DNA of 64,000 bases from Amoebophrya sp. A120 (Eukaryota; Protista; Dinoflagellata), in contig CAJINV010000001.1 of NCBI GenBank assembly GCA_905178155.1, forward strand, positions 1,973,904 through 2,037,903, in the 5' to 3' direction. Position numbers and translations under genes: made by a program. Under the pieces are notes generated by a model that was not told where the DNA came from, did no database searches, and saw nothing but the letters and a program-made list of their open reading frames with translations. Positions 1-10,642 of this stretch are shown in pieces; position 1 is the stretch's first letter; each line of letters starts with the position of its first letter.

Positions 1-1493
1 TAAGAACAAGTCGTGTCGTGCTGGTGCAGCATGCAGAAATACAAGGGTTAACACGATGCTGATCCAACGACACCAAAATGAAGAACAGCGAGAAGATGTT
101 GGTGTTGATCAAGAAAGGAGTCCTCAAAACAAAATACTGGTGCATTTCTTGGGAAGCTGGATGCCGTGCAGGCCAGGTCTTACTTCTTTTGCGGTCGTGA
201 AGCCGCAGCTCTTGCAGCGGATCGTCATCTTTTTTGCTTTGTGCCGCTTCGACTTGCACTGCACCACAATTCCGGACACCATGACCAGGCTCTCCACTTC
301 TTCAGCTAAAAGTTTCCGTATTTTCCGCAGCGGCATACCGGAGGACTTCAGCTGGTTACTGTCCTCGTATGAAATGCAAAAGCATCGTACTAGTGGAAAT
401 CGCATGACAAATTCCCTCAGCATGAAAAATGAAACTTGTAATGCGGCTTTGACTTAACAAATAGATTTGTAATGCATGACTGCAATTACTACGAATGCGA
501 TACTTTTGCACAGGATACCTCGTCGTCCTCCACCACGTTGCAGGTCAACTGCACCTGCAGGTGGTCCGAACTAGGCAGTTTCTCCAGGTGGGGTAGTTGC
601 TGCCGCTGCTCCTCTGTCAAGCCGCCGTGGAGCGCTGGTGGGTTAGGGACGAGGTTCGACAATGTAGAAAGAAACGAAAGAAAAACATACTCTTTGTTTT
701 CCGTAGAATCCTAATTCAAGAACGACGCGGCTAGCTGCATGTAGAAGAGGACAATCGCTTTGAACGCTGAAGTACGAGCTCAAAAACAAACAAACGCGTA
801 CACTTCATTTCCTCGTCGTAAAAGTCCTTGCAGCATCTTTCCATGATTGGAATAAATTGCGACGGTCGCAGAATGATGCTGTCCTTGACCATGTTCAATT
901 CCATCTCCATCTTGTCATCGTCCGTCGTTTATGCATTGCAAAAGTATCGCAATTGCACTAGTATATTATAAATTGCATCACAAATTTTGGCAAGAAGAAA
1001 AGTGGAATTTGTAATGCTGTTTTACATTAGGAAGGAGATTTGTCATGCATATTTGCAATTAGCACGACTACGATACTTTTGCACAGGATATCGTTTTCGC
1101 AAACTGGTAGAAATCGTCCATGTTTAAAAGCATCTTCGCCTCGCCCGCGTCTGTTTTCAGAATTTTGATTAGCTCATCGTTGTCATTGTGTGAGTGTGAC
1201 GACGACCAATAACGTACAACTACAAATACAACAAGAGCGAGAGCCGCCCGCCACTTTTGTTTTAATAAACAAACTGTGAATGTACAGATATTCCGCTCCA
1301 GCTGCTCCTTGTATTTGTAGCCTCCGGTCAAATCCGTGCATTTTTTGAGAAACCAGGTCATGCGGTCCCGAAACCGCGCGTCCGCCAAGACTCGGTTGTC
1401 ATCCTGGTCCACATGCTCCTCGCCCTCAGTGACATCCCGCCCGCCGAACCAGGACCACTGGTTCTGCGTGTACGTCCCAACGCCTCCTAGCAT
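1..1493 (-). CDS. MCM5: DNA replication licensing factor MCM5, 5' part (multi-exon, continues past window start)
   Basis: Spliced exons read ...YKYKEQLERNI...RPSQFIPIMERCCKDFYDE...LQVQL...IRKLLAEEVESLVMVSGIVVQCKSKRHKAKKMTIRCKSCG...IQLPKKC. This is the MCM N-terminal/OB/Zn-finger region, most like MCM5. Confidence 0.8.
368..517. mobile_element. Introner (TATGCATTGCAAAAG family) in MCM5
   Basis: TAT...ATA termini, TIR core tgcaaaag(c/t)atcg, perfect 5-bp TSD CCTCG. Removal gives VVEDDE|DSNQ. Can be read as GT-AG. Confidence 0.85.
930..1090. mobile_element. Introner (TATGCATTGCAAAAG family) in MCM5, non-canonical intron
   Basis: TIRs and perfect TSD TCGTT. Removal gives FAKT|TDDDKMEM in frame. 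No GT-AG register exists within the TSD. Confidence 0.85.
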
Positions 1494-2194
1494 TTTGCTC
1501 TTGCAGGCTGCGGCTCTTCGTGGCCTTGTTCAAGAACGAAGCAGGTGATGCTGCGCCCGTGATGAACAGGTGATACCTTGCTTCCGAAAGCAGGAAAGGA
1601 GCCGCACGCTACCGAAACATTTTATGACTTTTGTTGTTTGTTCCTCCTGGTACGCTTATCGATATAAAACTTGAATCACAATTGGTTCACATTTTTGAAT
1701 TGACGTGTAGGGCCACGAAATCATGAACTTCCGTTTACATACACTATCTTTTCTATTTTGAGTTTATGGAGGAAGCCAAAGCAGCAGCATTTTCACGCAA
1801 ATTTTGTTCTCACAGCTTCATCTCGCACATCAACAACTCTGGTGTACATCAACACAGTCAATAGTCCACCCTTTTGCTTTTCTTTGCTCAGCAACAAGAT
1901 TCACTTTGCAGTAGTTGCTGTCATTTTATTTCCTCATAACTTGTTCTGTTCTTTTGGAAGAACGATGGAAAGAACCTGGCTTTTGCACTTGCCATGAAAA
2001 GACCAAGACGTCGACCGAACATACCAGATTAGTAATGTGAACACTTTACTCACTTGTAGAGCATGATTGAAGGCTGGACTCAGACAATTTCTGCTCCTCC
2101 CCAGGTGGTGCAATTTCATTTTGCTATCTAGATACAATGCTCAAACAGTCATAGTTTCGTCAAACAATCATGATCATCCACCATCTATCATGCT

Positions 2195-4615
2195 CTATGC
2201 CCCCCGTGGTCCCGCGGCGAGCTGCATGCGCTCCTGTTTGAACTTCGACACACGCTTTCCGGTTTGGGGTTTTTGCAAAGAATCAAACCACGCCCGATTT
2301 TCTGCGGACTGAAACGGGTTGTTCGCAGACGAAGTCGAAGCCACACCCACAGGATCATGGTTCACGTCTACCACTTCTTCTAAAGGAGCCTCGGCAAACC
2401 TCACTTTTTTTCCAGGAAGGGCACCAGCATCTGCCGTCACGGCTTTCGTATTCGTCCCTGCACTTCTACTGGCGGATGCAACTCCACGCACAGTTGGTCC
2501 TCCCGGTCGTGAAGTAGAAGATGCGATATTAGTTCTGGCAGGGACAACAAAGCTATCTTCATCCATGTCCAGCGCTTCTAAGTCTACAATTCCCTTCGAC
2601 GAGATTTGCTGCGCACCGAGGGGGGGACTGGAACAATTGGCAGTAATCGTGTCGTGGTCTGTCTCGGAGACGACTTGAATCAGAGACGAAGTGGTGGCAC
2701 TAGCCGATGATGTCGCTGCACGACCGCCCGTAGCTCCATCTACGTGGAGCTTCAGGTTGCTGTCAAGAGTCTTGGTCGGGGAGGAGGAACCGGATCCGGA
2801 ACGAGGAGTAGGTGCGGGTTCCTTCTTGGTATCTTTGGGAGCAGCTGCGCTTGTGATCATCCCTGGTCCACCAGCAGTTGAGGCAGATTTATTCATTTGG
2901 CCCGGTATGAGAATGCTTTGGCTAATCGCAGACCGAGATGATTTGTTCGCGTTTGACGAACTAGTTGTACAACGACCTTTGTAGCTGTCCAGTTGGTGGA
3001 GGTATCCTGTCGAGTTCGAAGTGCCAGCTATCACAGGAGGAACAGAAGAAGCTAAGGTCGTACCACCGGTGGTGGAGGACTTTGATGTGGATCTGCTAGT
3101 ACCACGACTATCCGGCGCAACCTTAGTATCCTTTATTTTCGAGCTAGTGTTCTTATCCTCCAGTAGATCGAGCACCCGTTCCGAGACTTGGCGATCATTC
3201 ACCTCCAACAAGGCCATCTTTTTCCTCTGTGCCTGCTGCTTCTGATCCAGCTGCTTTCCAAACGTGGCTTGGTCGTACTGCGTGCCAGCGCTCTGGATCT
3301 TTTGCTTCAGCGCGTTTTTCTCAAAAACAGATTTATTCGAAGAACTGCAACTGCTGGACAACAGCAAGCTCTGCTTCGCGGCCGAACCCGGTAATACGCG
3401 CGGCGGCGGCTCGCACCCCTCGATCCCGCTGTACATCTTGTCAATCAGGGCTTGCTGCTTCGCCAAATCCACCATTGCGTCGCCGAGGATCAGGCCGCTG
3501 GCGTTGCCTTGACCAGTGCCGGCTGTCGTGTCATCGTCTTCTTCAGATTCATCGTCGGAATTATTTTCGTCACCGTCAGAAGAAGATCTAGATGAAGAGT
3601 CTTCATCTTCACTCCTCATCTTTGCGTTCTTCTTTCTCGCAGCAGCCATGGCGTTCTCAGTTTCTTCCAACCTTCGAAGCATTTCGTCGAGGGAGGAAGC
3701 AGCCGGATTGGCACTTTTGAGCGGTTTCGACTCCGTGGTCTGCGCCTCCTGCTTCATGCTGGCAGATGTCGCTGGTTCTGGTGTTTTCCCCCCTCCGTCA
3801 GTGCTGGACCTTTCCTTCGCCTTCGTGCTTTTTTTTCCGCCGTGGTTACTGGAAAACATCTCCATCGCCAGTTTCTCCGCCCGAGCCGCATCCTCAGCAG
3901 CGATTCTCTCCATTTCTAGCCTTTTTTTCTCCTCTGCACTGTTATTTTCGTTCTCGGTTTTCTTCTTGTTTTCCTTGTCAGCGTTAGTTCTACTTTCCTT
4001 CATGTGACGCTCGAGGTCGCCTTCCTTCTCTTCGATCTCAACGATTTCAGACTCGGATGGTTTTATTCCCGGTTCTGCCACCTTGCGCGCGGCTTCACCA
4101 CCCTTGTTGGTTGTAGAAGACGCTGCAGTAGCAGCGGTTTTCCATTTATTTTCGTCCACCATATCCGGCACAATCACTTCCCGTTCCAGCACATTCGGTT
4201 TCTCGACCCCGGCCGTGGTTTTTTTCTCATCTCTAATCTTCCTCGCCTCGAGAATCTTATCCTCAAACAGCATCTTTCTCTCCTTCTCCAGGTCCGCAAT
4301 CGCGTCCATTTGCGCTGAAATGAGTTTCTTGTTCTCCCTGTGCCGCTCCTCAATCGTCTTCAGCGCGTTCGGAATGGTGCGCTCCGCGTAGTAACTGTCC
4401 CCCAGGTGCATGATCACCTCGTTCGTCCGCTCGATGTGGCCCTCAAAAAAGATCCCGTCGCCAAAGGGCACCATAATGTCGTGTTGAAGTTTTTTCGGCA
4501 AGTCGGTCAGGGTCGAGATCAGCTCGTCGTATTTCGATTCAAAGTCCTGCAGCTGCTTCAGCGAGCCCTGCATCTCGCGCAGCGATTGCTTGAACTTCTT
4601 CTCCGCGGCGTCCAT
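2195..4615 (-). CDS. URI1: Unconventional prefoldin RPB5 interactor (URI1/Bud27)-like protein
   Basis: N-terminal alpha-prefoldin (LPKKLQHDIMVPFGDGIFFEGHIERTNEVIMHLGDSYYAER), acidic and low-complexity middle, C-terminal URI-box-like KRVSKFKQER. Confidence 0.8.
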   Translation of the reverse strand: MDAAEKKFKQSLREMQGSLKQLQDFESKYDELISTLTDLPKKLQHDIMVPFGDGIFFEGHIERTNEVIMHLGDSYYAERTIPNALKTIEERHRENKKLISAQMDAIADLEKERKMLFEDKILEARKIRDEKKTTAGVEKPNVLEREVIVPDMVDENKWKTAATAASSTTNKGGEAARKVAEPGIKPSESEIVEIEEKEGDLERHMKESRTNADKENKKKTENENNSAEEKKRLEMERIAAEDAARAEKLAMEMFSSNHGGKKSTKAKERSSTDGGGKTPEPATSASMKQEAQTTESKPLKSANPAASSLDEMLRRLEETENAMAAARKKNAKMRSEDEDSSSRSSSDGDENNSDDESEEDDDTTAGTGQGNASGLILGDAMVDLAKQQALIDKMYSGIEGCEPPPRVLPGSAAKQSLLLSSSCSSSNKSVFEKNALKQKIQSAGTQYDQATFGKQLDQKQQAQRKKMALLEVNDRQVSERVLDLLEDKNTSSKIKDTKVAPDSRGTSRSTSKSSTTGGTTLASSVPPVIAGTSNSTGYLHQLDSYKGRCTTSSSNANKSSRSAISQSILIPGQMNKSASTAGGPGMITSAAAPKDTKKEPAPTPRSGSGSSSPTKTLDSNLKLHVDGATGGRAATSSASATTSSLIQVVSETDHDTITANCSSPPLGAQQISSKGIVDLEALDMDEDSFVVPARTNIASSTSRPGGPTVRGVASASRSAGTNTKAVTADAGALPGKKVRFAEAPLEEVVDVNHDPVGVASTSSANNPFQSAENRAWFDSLQKPQTGKRVSKFKQERMQLAAGPRGA

Positions 4616-5523
4616 TTTGATCTTATGATGTCGCGGAAAAATACAAAGAAGAGAGTGCCCTGCAAAACACTGCTACATACAAGTTGAGTATGGCTGCCGT
4701 CACTATCCAAAGAAGAAAGAAAAACTGTGGTAACTTGCTTGATGAGTCGCGAAGATAATCTATGTTGACGTTTCAAATGTTCTTCTTCAAATCCCTGTAG
4801 TTCTGGCCTTCGCATCAAAGAACGCAACAAATATTTTCACAATTTTTGCGGTACTCGCCGCACAGGAGTTCCACGAACTCCATGGTGTTTGTGCCTCGCG
4901 GCTAGCGTTCATCGGTCTGATCCAAGGCATTTTTGACGAATATGTTTTCATTTCTTCCACCGGTTGCGGTTCTGAAGATCTTCATCTTTTTCTATTTCTG
5001 TTATTTCCGCGAACGATCGTTTTCATCGACATTGACAAGGATCCTCAAAACAAGCTGTGTCACTTTCAGCAGGAGCATCTTAGTGTATGGATCGCAGAAG
5101 TGATGAACTTCCTGACGGGGTCGCGCCCGATGTACTTCGAGCCTTCTCGGTGTCATATCGAACAAGAAAGAGGGACTACCAGCAGTGGAACCATCGCGGA
5201 TAAAGCAGAGGGAATACTCAACATCACTCCCAACAATACTACAAGGCGAGGACGGCGCGAAGTTGTCTTCCGACGTGATATCCTCGACAAAATACCAACA
5301 ATACGCGTGTTTTCTGTTCATCGTTTTCGTTTTCACATGTTGAGCTACAAAGTCACAACGAAGGTACTATCACAGCCAACTTCCACGGCCACACCGCGGA
5401 TTCTTTAATCAAGCGCGATTTGGCGATGGAAATCGTGCTGGAGGGTCGACGACGTCAGCCAGTTGTGAGACGGTGAGACGAGGAGAAGATTTCTACTTTT
5501 CTACTGTTCTCTGCGCCTTATCC

Positions 5524-7731
5524 TCAAAGCCCCAACTCGCCCATGAACATGGTTTGATCGCTGCTTCCGGAGCACAGTATTCTCTCCTTCGGGTGGAACG
5601 CAATGTCGTTCACGGAGCCTTCGTGGCCCGGGAGCTGGTACTGCAATTCCAGCGAGTTGGCGCTCCAGACGTAGACCATGCGGTCCGAACTCCCCGCGCC
5701 GAAAACGGTACCATCCTTGCTCCATCGGCACCGGAGCAGATTCTTCTCGTAGTTGTGCGTGTGGCCCTGGACAATGCCGATACACCGGGACTCGCCATGG
5801 GGAATAAAGGGCCGAACCTGCAGTTTTGTGTAGAATGATGTCGACAAAAATGCAAGGAGTTGAAGACCAGCTGCGTCCCCAAGGGCACAATAAAGACGCA
5901 AAGTCTACTGCTCCTCTAGTTTCGGCATCGGCACGACAAATACAAATTTATTAAAATGCAAATCAGGCCGCAAACTCCAATCAAATATTCTATACGTCCC
6001 ACATCCGCACGGTTTGGTCCATACTATTTGAAATGAGCTTCTCCCCATCTGGACTCAGGTCGATGCCGGTAATGCTGTCGCTGTGGCCTTCCAAAACGTA
6101 GAGCTCCTCATCGGCGCGAGACCGGACGTCGAAGACCTATTTTGATCGATTCGCAGAGATAGTTCTCACACTTTCACACTTGAGTGTTGCTTTATACAAG
6201 AGGGAAATATACGAGCAGCGATACGACCAAAATTTGAATTGATTCTGAGACATCTAACTACTATCGCCTTGTTCTTTTATTTTGATTTTCTTTCATGGAT
6301 GCTGATGATATAAATGCCTATACCCTAATGGTGTCGTCCAGACTGGCCGCGAAAATTTTTTCTGCTGTGTCATCGAAGCAGACGCCCAGGATCTGGTACT
6401 GGTGATCGAAACTGTGCACGCATTTCCGTATTCTCAAATCCCACAGCTTCGTCGACCCGTCGTCTCCACCACTCACAAGCATGGGATCGCCGCGGCGTGA
6501 ACGCTGTTTGGAGGTGGAAAATTTGCATTTTTATTTATTGAATAAATAAAAATGATGAAAATGAAAATGTGGGGCCTTCGCCTTCCGGGTCTTCGGTTTC
6601 TATTAGAATCTGGTGAAGTTGTTGACATCAGGTGGCGGCCGTAAAGAAAAAGAATTCATGACCGCTGAAACTGGAAGCATTAAGCGGCGAAGCGTTCTCA
6701 TATTTCTCTTACCTGCATGGAGTTCACAATTGCGGTATGCCCGTTCAACTTTTTGATCCTCTGTCCGGTCTCCGCGTCCCAAACGGCGCAGGACTTGTCA
6801 GCGGAGCAGGAGTAGACCTGTTGCTGGTCCGCGCTCCAGTGCACCTCTAAGACAGCATTGTTATGACCCTGAAGACACCCGTAGTTCTCTGCGTCGCCGT
6901 AGCTGTGGAGTGTTTGGTATAGGTATTGATGTTTAGGTGGTTCTTTACAAGTTGGAGGTTAGTGCAACTAGCGCATTTCAAATGAAAACGATAGCCAGAG
7001 TCTCAAGAACTTCTACAGAACAAGTTTTCACGCAGAGTCAATATCCGAGTAGATAAGATTGGGATAGTACACGTTCCACAGGAATATTTTGTTGTCGAAG
7101 GAGCAACTGGCGAGTCGCTTTCCGTCCGGACTAAATTCGCAGCCGTACACCGCACCGCCGTGGCCGACGAGCCGCATTGATGGGCCTGCAAGACCGGTAA
7201 GTCGCTCATGTTGGGGGACCTGCAGAGTTTTCGAACTTGAAATAATATGGAAAGGAGGTAGAGGTACAGAAAAAATTATGTAACTCGTTCATGCATTCAG
7301 CAAAAGCGCAGCCTTTCATTTTTTTCATAATTGAATTGGGATGCTTCTGCTTTTACCTGAATGAGAGCTTGCTCCAATGCTGGGGTCAGCTCGTAGCGGG
7401 CTTTTTTTGCTTCCGGCTCACCCATATCAAATGTAAAAATGCCTGGGTCTGGAAAGTTGCCAGGTTTGTCATGCATATTTTGCATGACTCAGGATGTCTG
7501 TAATGCATGATCTAGCATCACATATTTCTAGAGGCGTTCCTGATGCCTATCCCGCATGACAAATGTCCTCCCCGCGTAGCACAAACTGGGCGCCTCTTGC
7601 TGGTCATGCAATACAGATTTTTTTAGAATCCAAGGTTAGCATCACAAGTTCCAACTGTCCAGACCCAGACATTTTTGCATTTGATAGCCCAGGAGCGGAT
7701 CGTCGCTGTCTTGTCGCAAGGCGAGGGCCAT
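5524..7731 (-). CDS. SNRNP40: U5 snRNP 40 kDa WD40 protein (multi-exon)
   Basis: Exons RLTGLAGPSMRLVGHGGAVYGCEFSPDG, YGDAENYGCLQGHNNAVLEVHWS, MWDVRPF, HNYEKNLLRCRWS, YQLPGHEGSVNDIAFHPKE...MFMGEL. Confidence 0.92.
7425..7686. mobile_element. Introner (TATCAAATG family) in SNRNP40
   Basis: ~35-bp near-perfect TIR tatcaaatgYaaaaatgYctgggtctggaMagttg, TSD ACCCA/GCCCA. Removal gives DPLLG|EPEAKK. Confidence 0.85.
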
Positions 7732-8996
7732 TTTTCCTTTGGAAGGATGAAACTAAGTACCTTTTCTTGGAAATGGAAAATGAGATGAAACTCGTAGTTT
7801 AACAGCCTCGAATAGTGTTGTAGTCGTGAGGTTTTCGTAGTAGAAGCAACTTACTTATCGTCATCCTCATCTTTGTCAAACTAGTAATACTAAGATACAA
7901 ATTGTTGTGTCGCCATTTCTTGTCTATACCTACATAGCTCTACAACCCCTTCATGAATATCGGTTGAACCGTTGTCGTTCCTGGTCAAAACAAAAAGCAA
8001 AGGTTAATAAATCAAACGGGAAAGAAAAAGTGGAAGTGATCAAGTAAAGATCGTGATTCTGACGATACTTTTCTACCATTGCTGTGCGTAAGATCTCAGT
8101 TCGCGCTCAATGAATAGACTTGATCGTCTATGTGCCGTGTGTCTTTTTTTCTGACCTTTTTTATGAATTTTTACATGACGTTGCGTACAAATCAATGCAG
8201 GAAGGGAACGGTTGTAACAAAAGGCTGATCTTCTTCTTCGCGACAATTCTAGTGGAACAGTCCTGCAAGCAAAATGCAGCCCTCTCGGGGTTTTTTCGTT
8301 TGTGATGCTTTCTGCAGTGCAAGAGTTTGATATTACATGGAGTCAACTTGTTATCAAAAGAGAAGAGCAGCGAGGCTGAGATTGGTTCGACACGTGCGGG
8401 CTGTTCTTTGAAATGCGTCACACCATCAGATTCAAGACAGGCAAACGCGGTGCAAATTCAAATAGTTTTCTTGCCCTTGAAGTCCTTCGCGGTACGTCGA
8501 CTGGCGCAGCCTGATTTGTTGCATGTTGCTTTGTGCTCTCCTTTCGCACGGTCCAACTACTGTTTCATCTTCGACGAGGTTTTCTTTTGTTTCTCGGCAA
8601 TTTCATTGTTGTAAAGGAGGAGCGGGCGGTGGTGGAACCTTGTATGTCATTGAGATCATTGGGCGAAATCAGATAAACAAGTTTTTGTTCATCGACAATT
8701 CCTTCGAGACGACGAGACTCAAAGCCCCATGACACACGCAGAAGAGTGTTGACTAGTAGAGCAACAGTTCTTAATAAATGTAGACAATGACAATGACCAC
8801 ACAGGGTGAAATACAGTACTTCATGCCGCCCGCCCTGCTTCCGGAAAATTTTTACGGAAAAAAAGTTCTGCTGTTCTTGGCGCTTGTCGCCAATTTCGTC
8901 GTTTTCTGGTCAACATATTTCGCGTCCTTCGGCCTCCAAACCGGAGCTTCAGCTTGATGAACCACTCGTAAAAGTTCGTCGCTTTTTGTAAGGACT

Positions 8997-9424
8997 TCAT
9001 TGGTTCTGCTCCTTATATTCGGTGTATTTGTCCTTGGCCATTTCGAAGCCCTCCTTGCTCTTTTCTGCGATGGCGTCGCGGGTTATGCAAAACGAACCTG
9101 CCCTCGCGGCTAAAACAAAAAGCTGGAGCTGTTGATGTTGAATTTGAATTCCATGCTTAGTGTGATGATCCAGACATGTTGCATAGGCTAGCACAGCTGC
9201 TTGCAGAGTGAGATAGAACAACATTCTTATTTTAGTTTTGAGCTCCACTGTTTCTCTTCTCCTTTTGGTGCATGGTGCGAGCCTTCTGTAGTTCACAGGC
9301 AGGGTAGGCTGTTTCAGCGAAGATTTTTCTGCGCGATAAATGTTGGCTTCAGCTCTTCCGACTTGTAGACGCCGAGGACCGAGCCCAAGACGCCGCCGGT
9401 GATGAATGCGAAGCAGTCCAACAT
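8997..9424 (-). CDS. Small (~55 aa) two-exon single-pass membrane protein, hypothetical
   Basis: aaaATG context. MLDCFAFITGGVLGSVLGVYKSEELKPT joins in frame to RDAIAEKSKEGFEMAKDKYTEYKEQNQ* across a ~260-nt intron flanked by an AAC repeat. Confidence 0.5.
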
Positions 9425-10642
9425 TTTTTTGGGATTTTCTGGAGAGCTACAAAAGAAAAACCAGAAAAGGAGAACCCTCGAGAAGAGAGACTTTGTGGCT
9501 CTGATGAAACTGAATGAAGTATTAAAGCTGATTACGAGCCGCGATCAACTGGCAGGCAGGCGCTGGCTATTTATATATTGTGATTAGCATGAATTGCATC
9601 ACGCTGTACTAAGTGAGTTGTCGTCGTCGGGACTGCAGCTGTGAATGCTAATGCTTGTGTTGTTCACAGGAAGAGGAACAGTAACAGATCTTTCCCAATA
9701 AAAATAAATGTGGAGTGAACATACAATGGGCCTCAGCCTCGTCACTAGTTCTAGTACTTCTATCTCGGGCGGGCAACATGTGTACATGACGACGGCAGAG
9801 TAGTTGCTCAGAAATTGTACATAACTCGAAGATGCCATGGGATCTCATCACACGCAATCGTCGCACTCATCACATCATCGTTCCGTGTGCTGCTCTTTTA
9901 GCTACTTATTTCACTACTTGAAGTAGCTGAGTAGCGTGAGATCGGACAACAGCTGTTCCAACGGATTTGGTACCTACCTCCGCAACACCACGTCACATGT
10001 TCTGTCTCATGGTCGCGAATCTTAACCGATTCCCAAATTTGATGTTCAGCTTTTTTTACTTTCAGCTTGTAGCTTCTCCTGACTTTCAATTTTTACAATA
10101 CCAATAGATTCTTGTTTCCACACAACAGGCTTTCTCGTTGTCTTTCGTACAGTAGCTCGTCAAATCATGTTAAAATTGACCAAAATATTGGATCGCTAGC
10201 ACGAGAGCAGATGAACCAGCGCCACCGATGCCGCATCTACTACCGCGTGCTGTCTAGTAAAAATAGTTTCAACTGTGAATAAAATAGAAGTTTCAGCCTC
10301 GACACCTCCTGTATTGTAGTTGTAGCTCGACGTTTTAGACTCCGTAGAGGAAACGAAATAGCCGAAGGTTCATTTCTTTCGATAATTATCCAAGTTCAAT
10401 ATGGGACAAAAATTAGCATATGGATTTGATAGCTAACAAATCAAATGTAAGGAACAATGCGAAACGCGTTTGTGAATAGAATTGCATATCATTCAGGTAA
10501 ATTGATATCACATCGGTTCATTTCTTTGGGTTCGTAAAAAAGTAAAAGACGAGCAGTGCACAACTTAGACTTACACTTTGGAAAACAAGTGTGCCTCTAT
10601 TCATTATTTTGACGAAGCGACAAGGACCAGCCCGACTTTTCC

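Noticed and set aside
7860-7916. Upstream ATG with a possible 18-nt intron as SNRNP40 first exon
   Set aside because: It needs an implausibly short intron. The aaaATG at 7731 gives a complete N-terminus.
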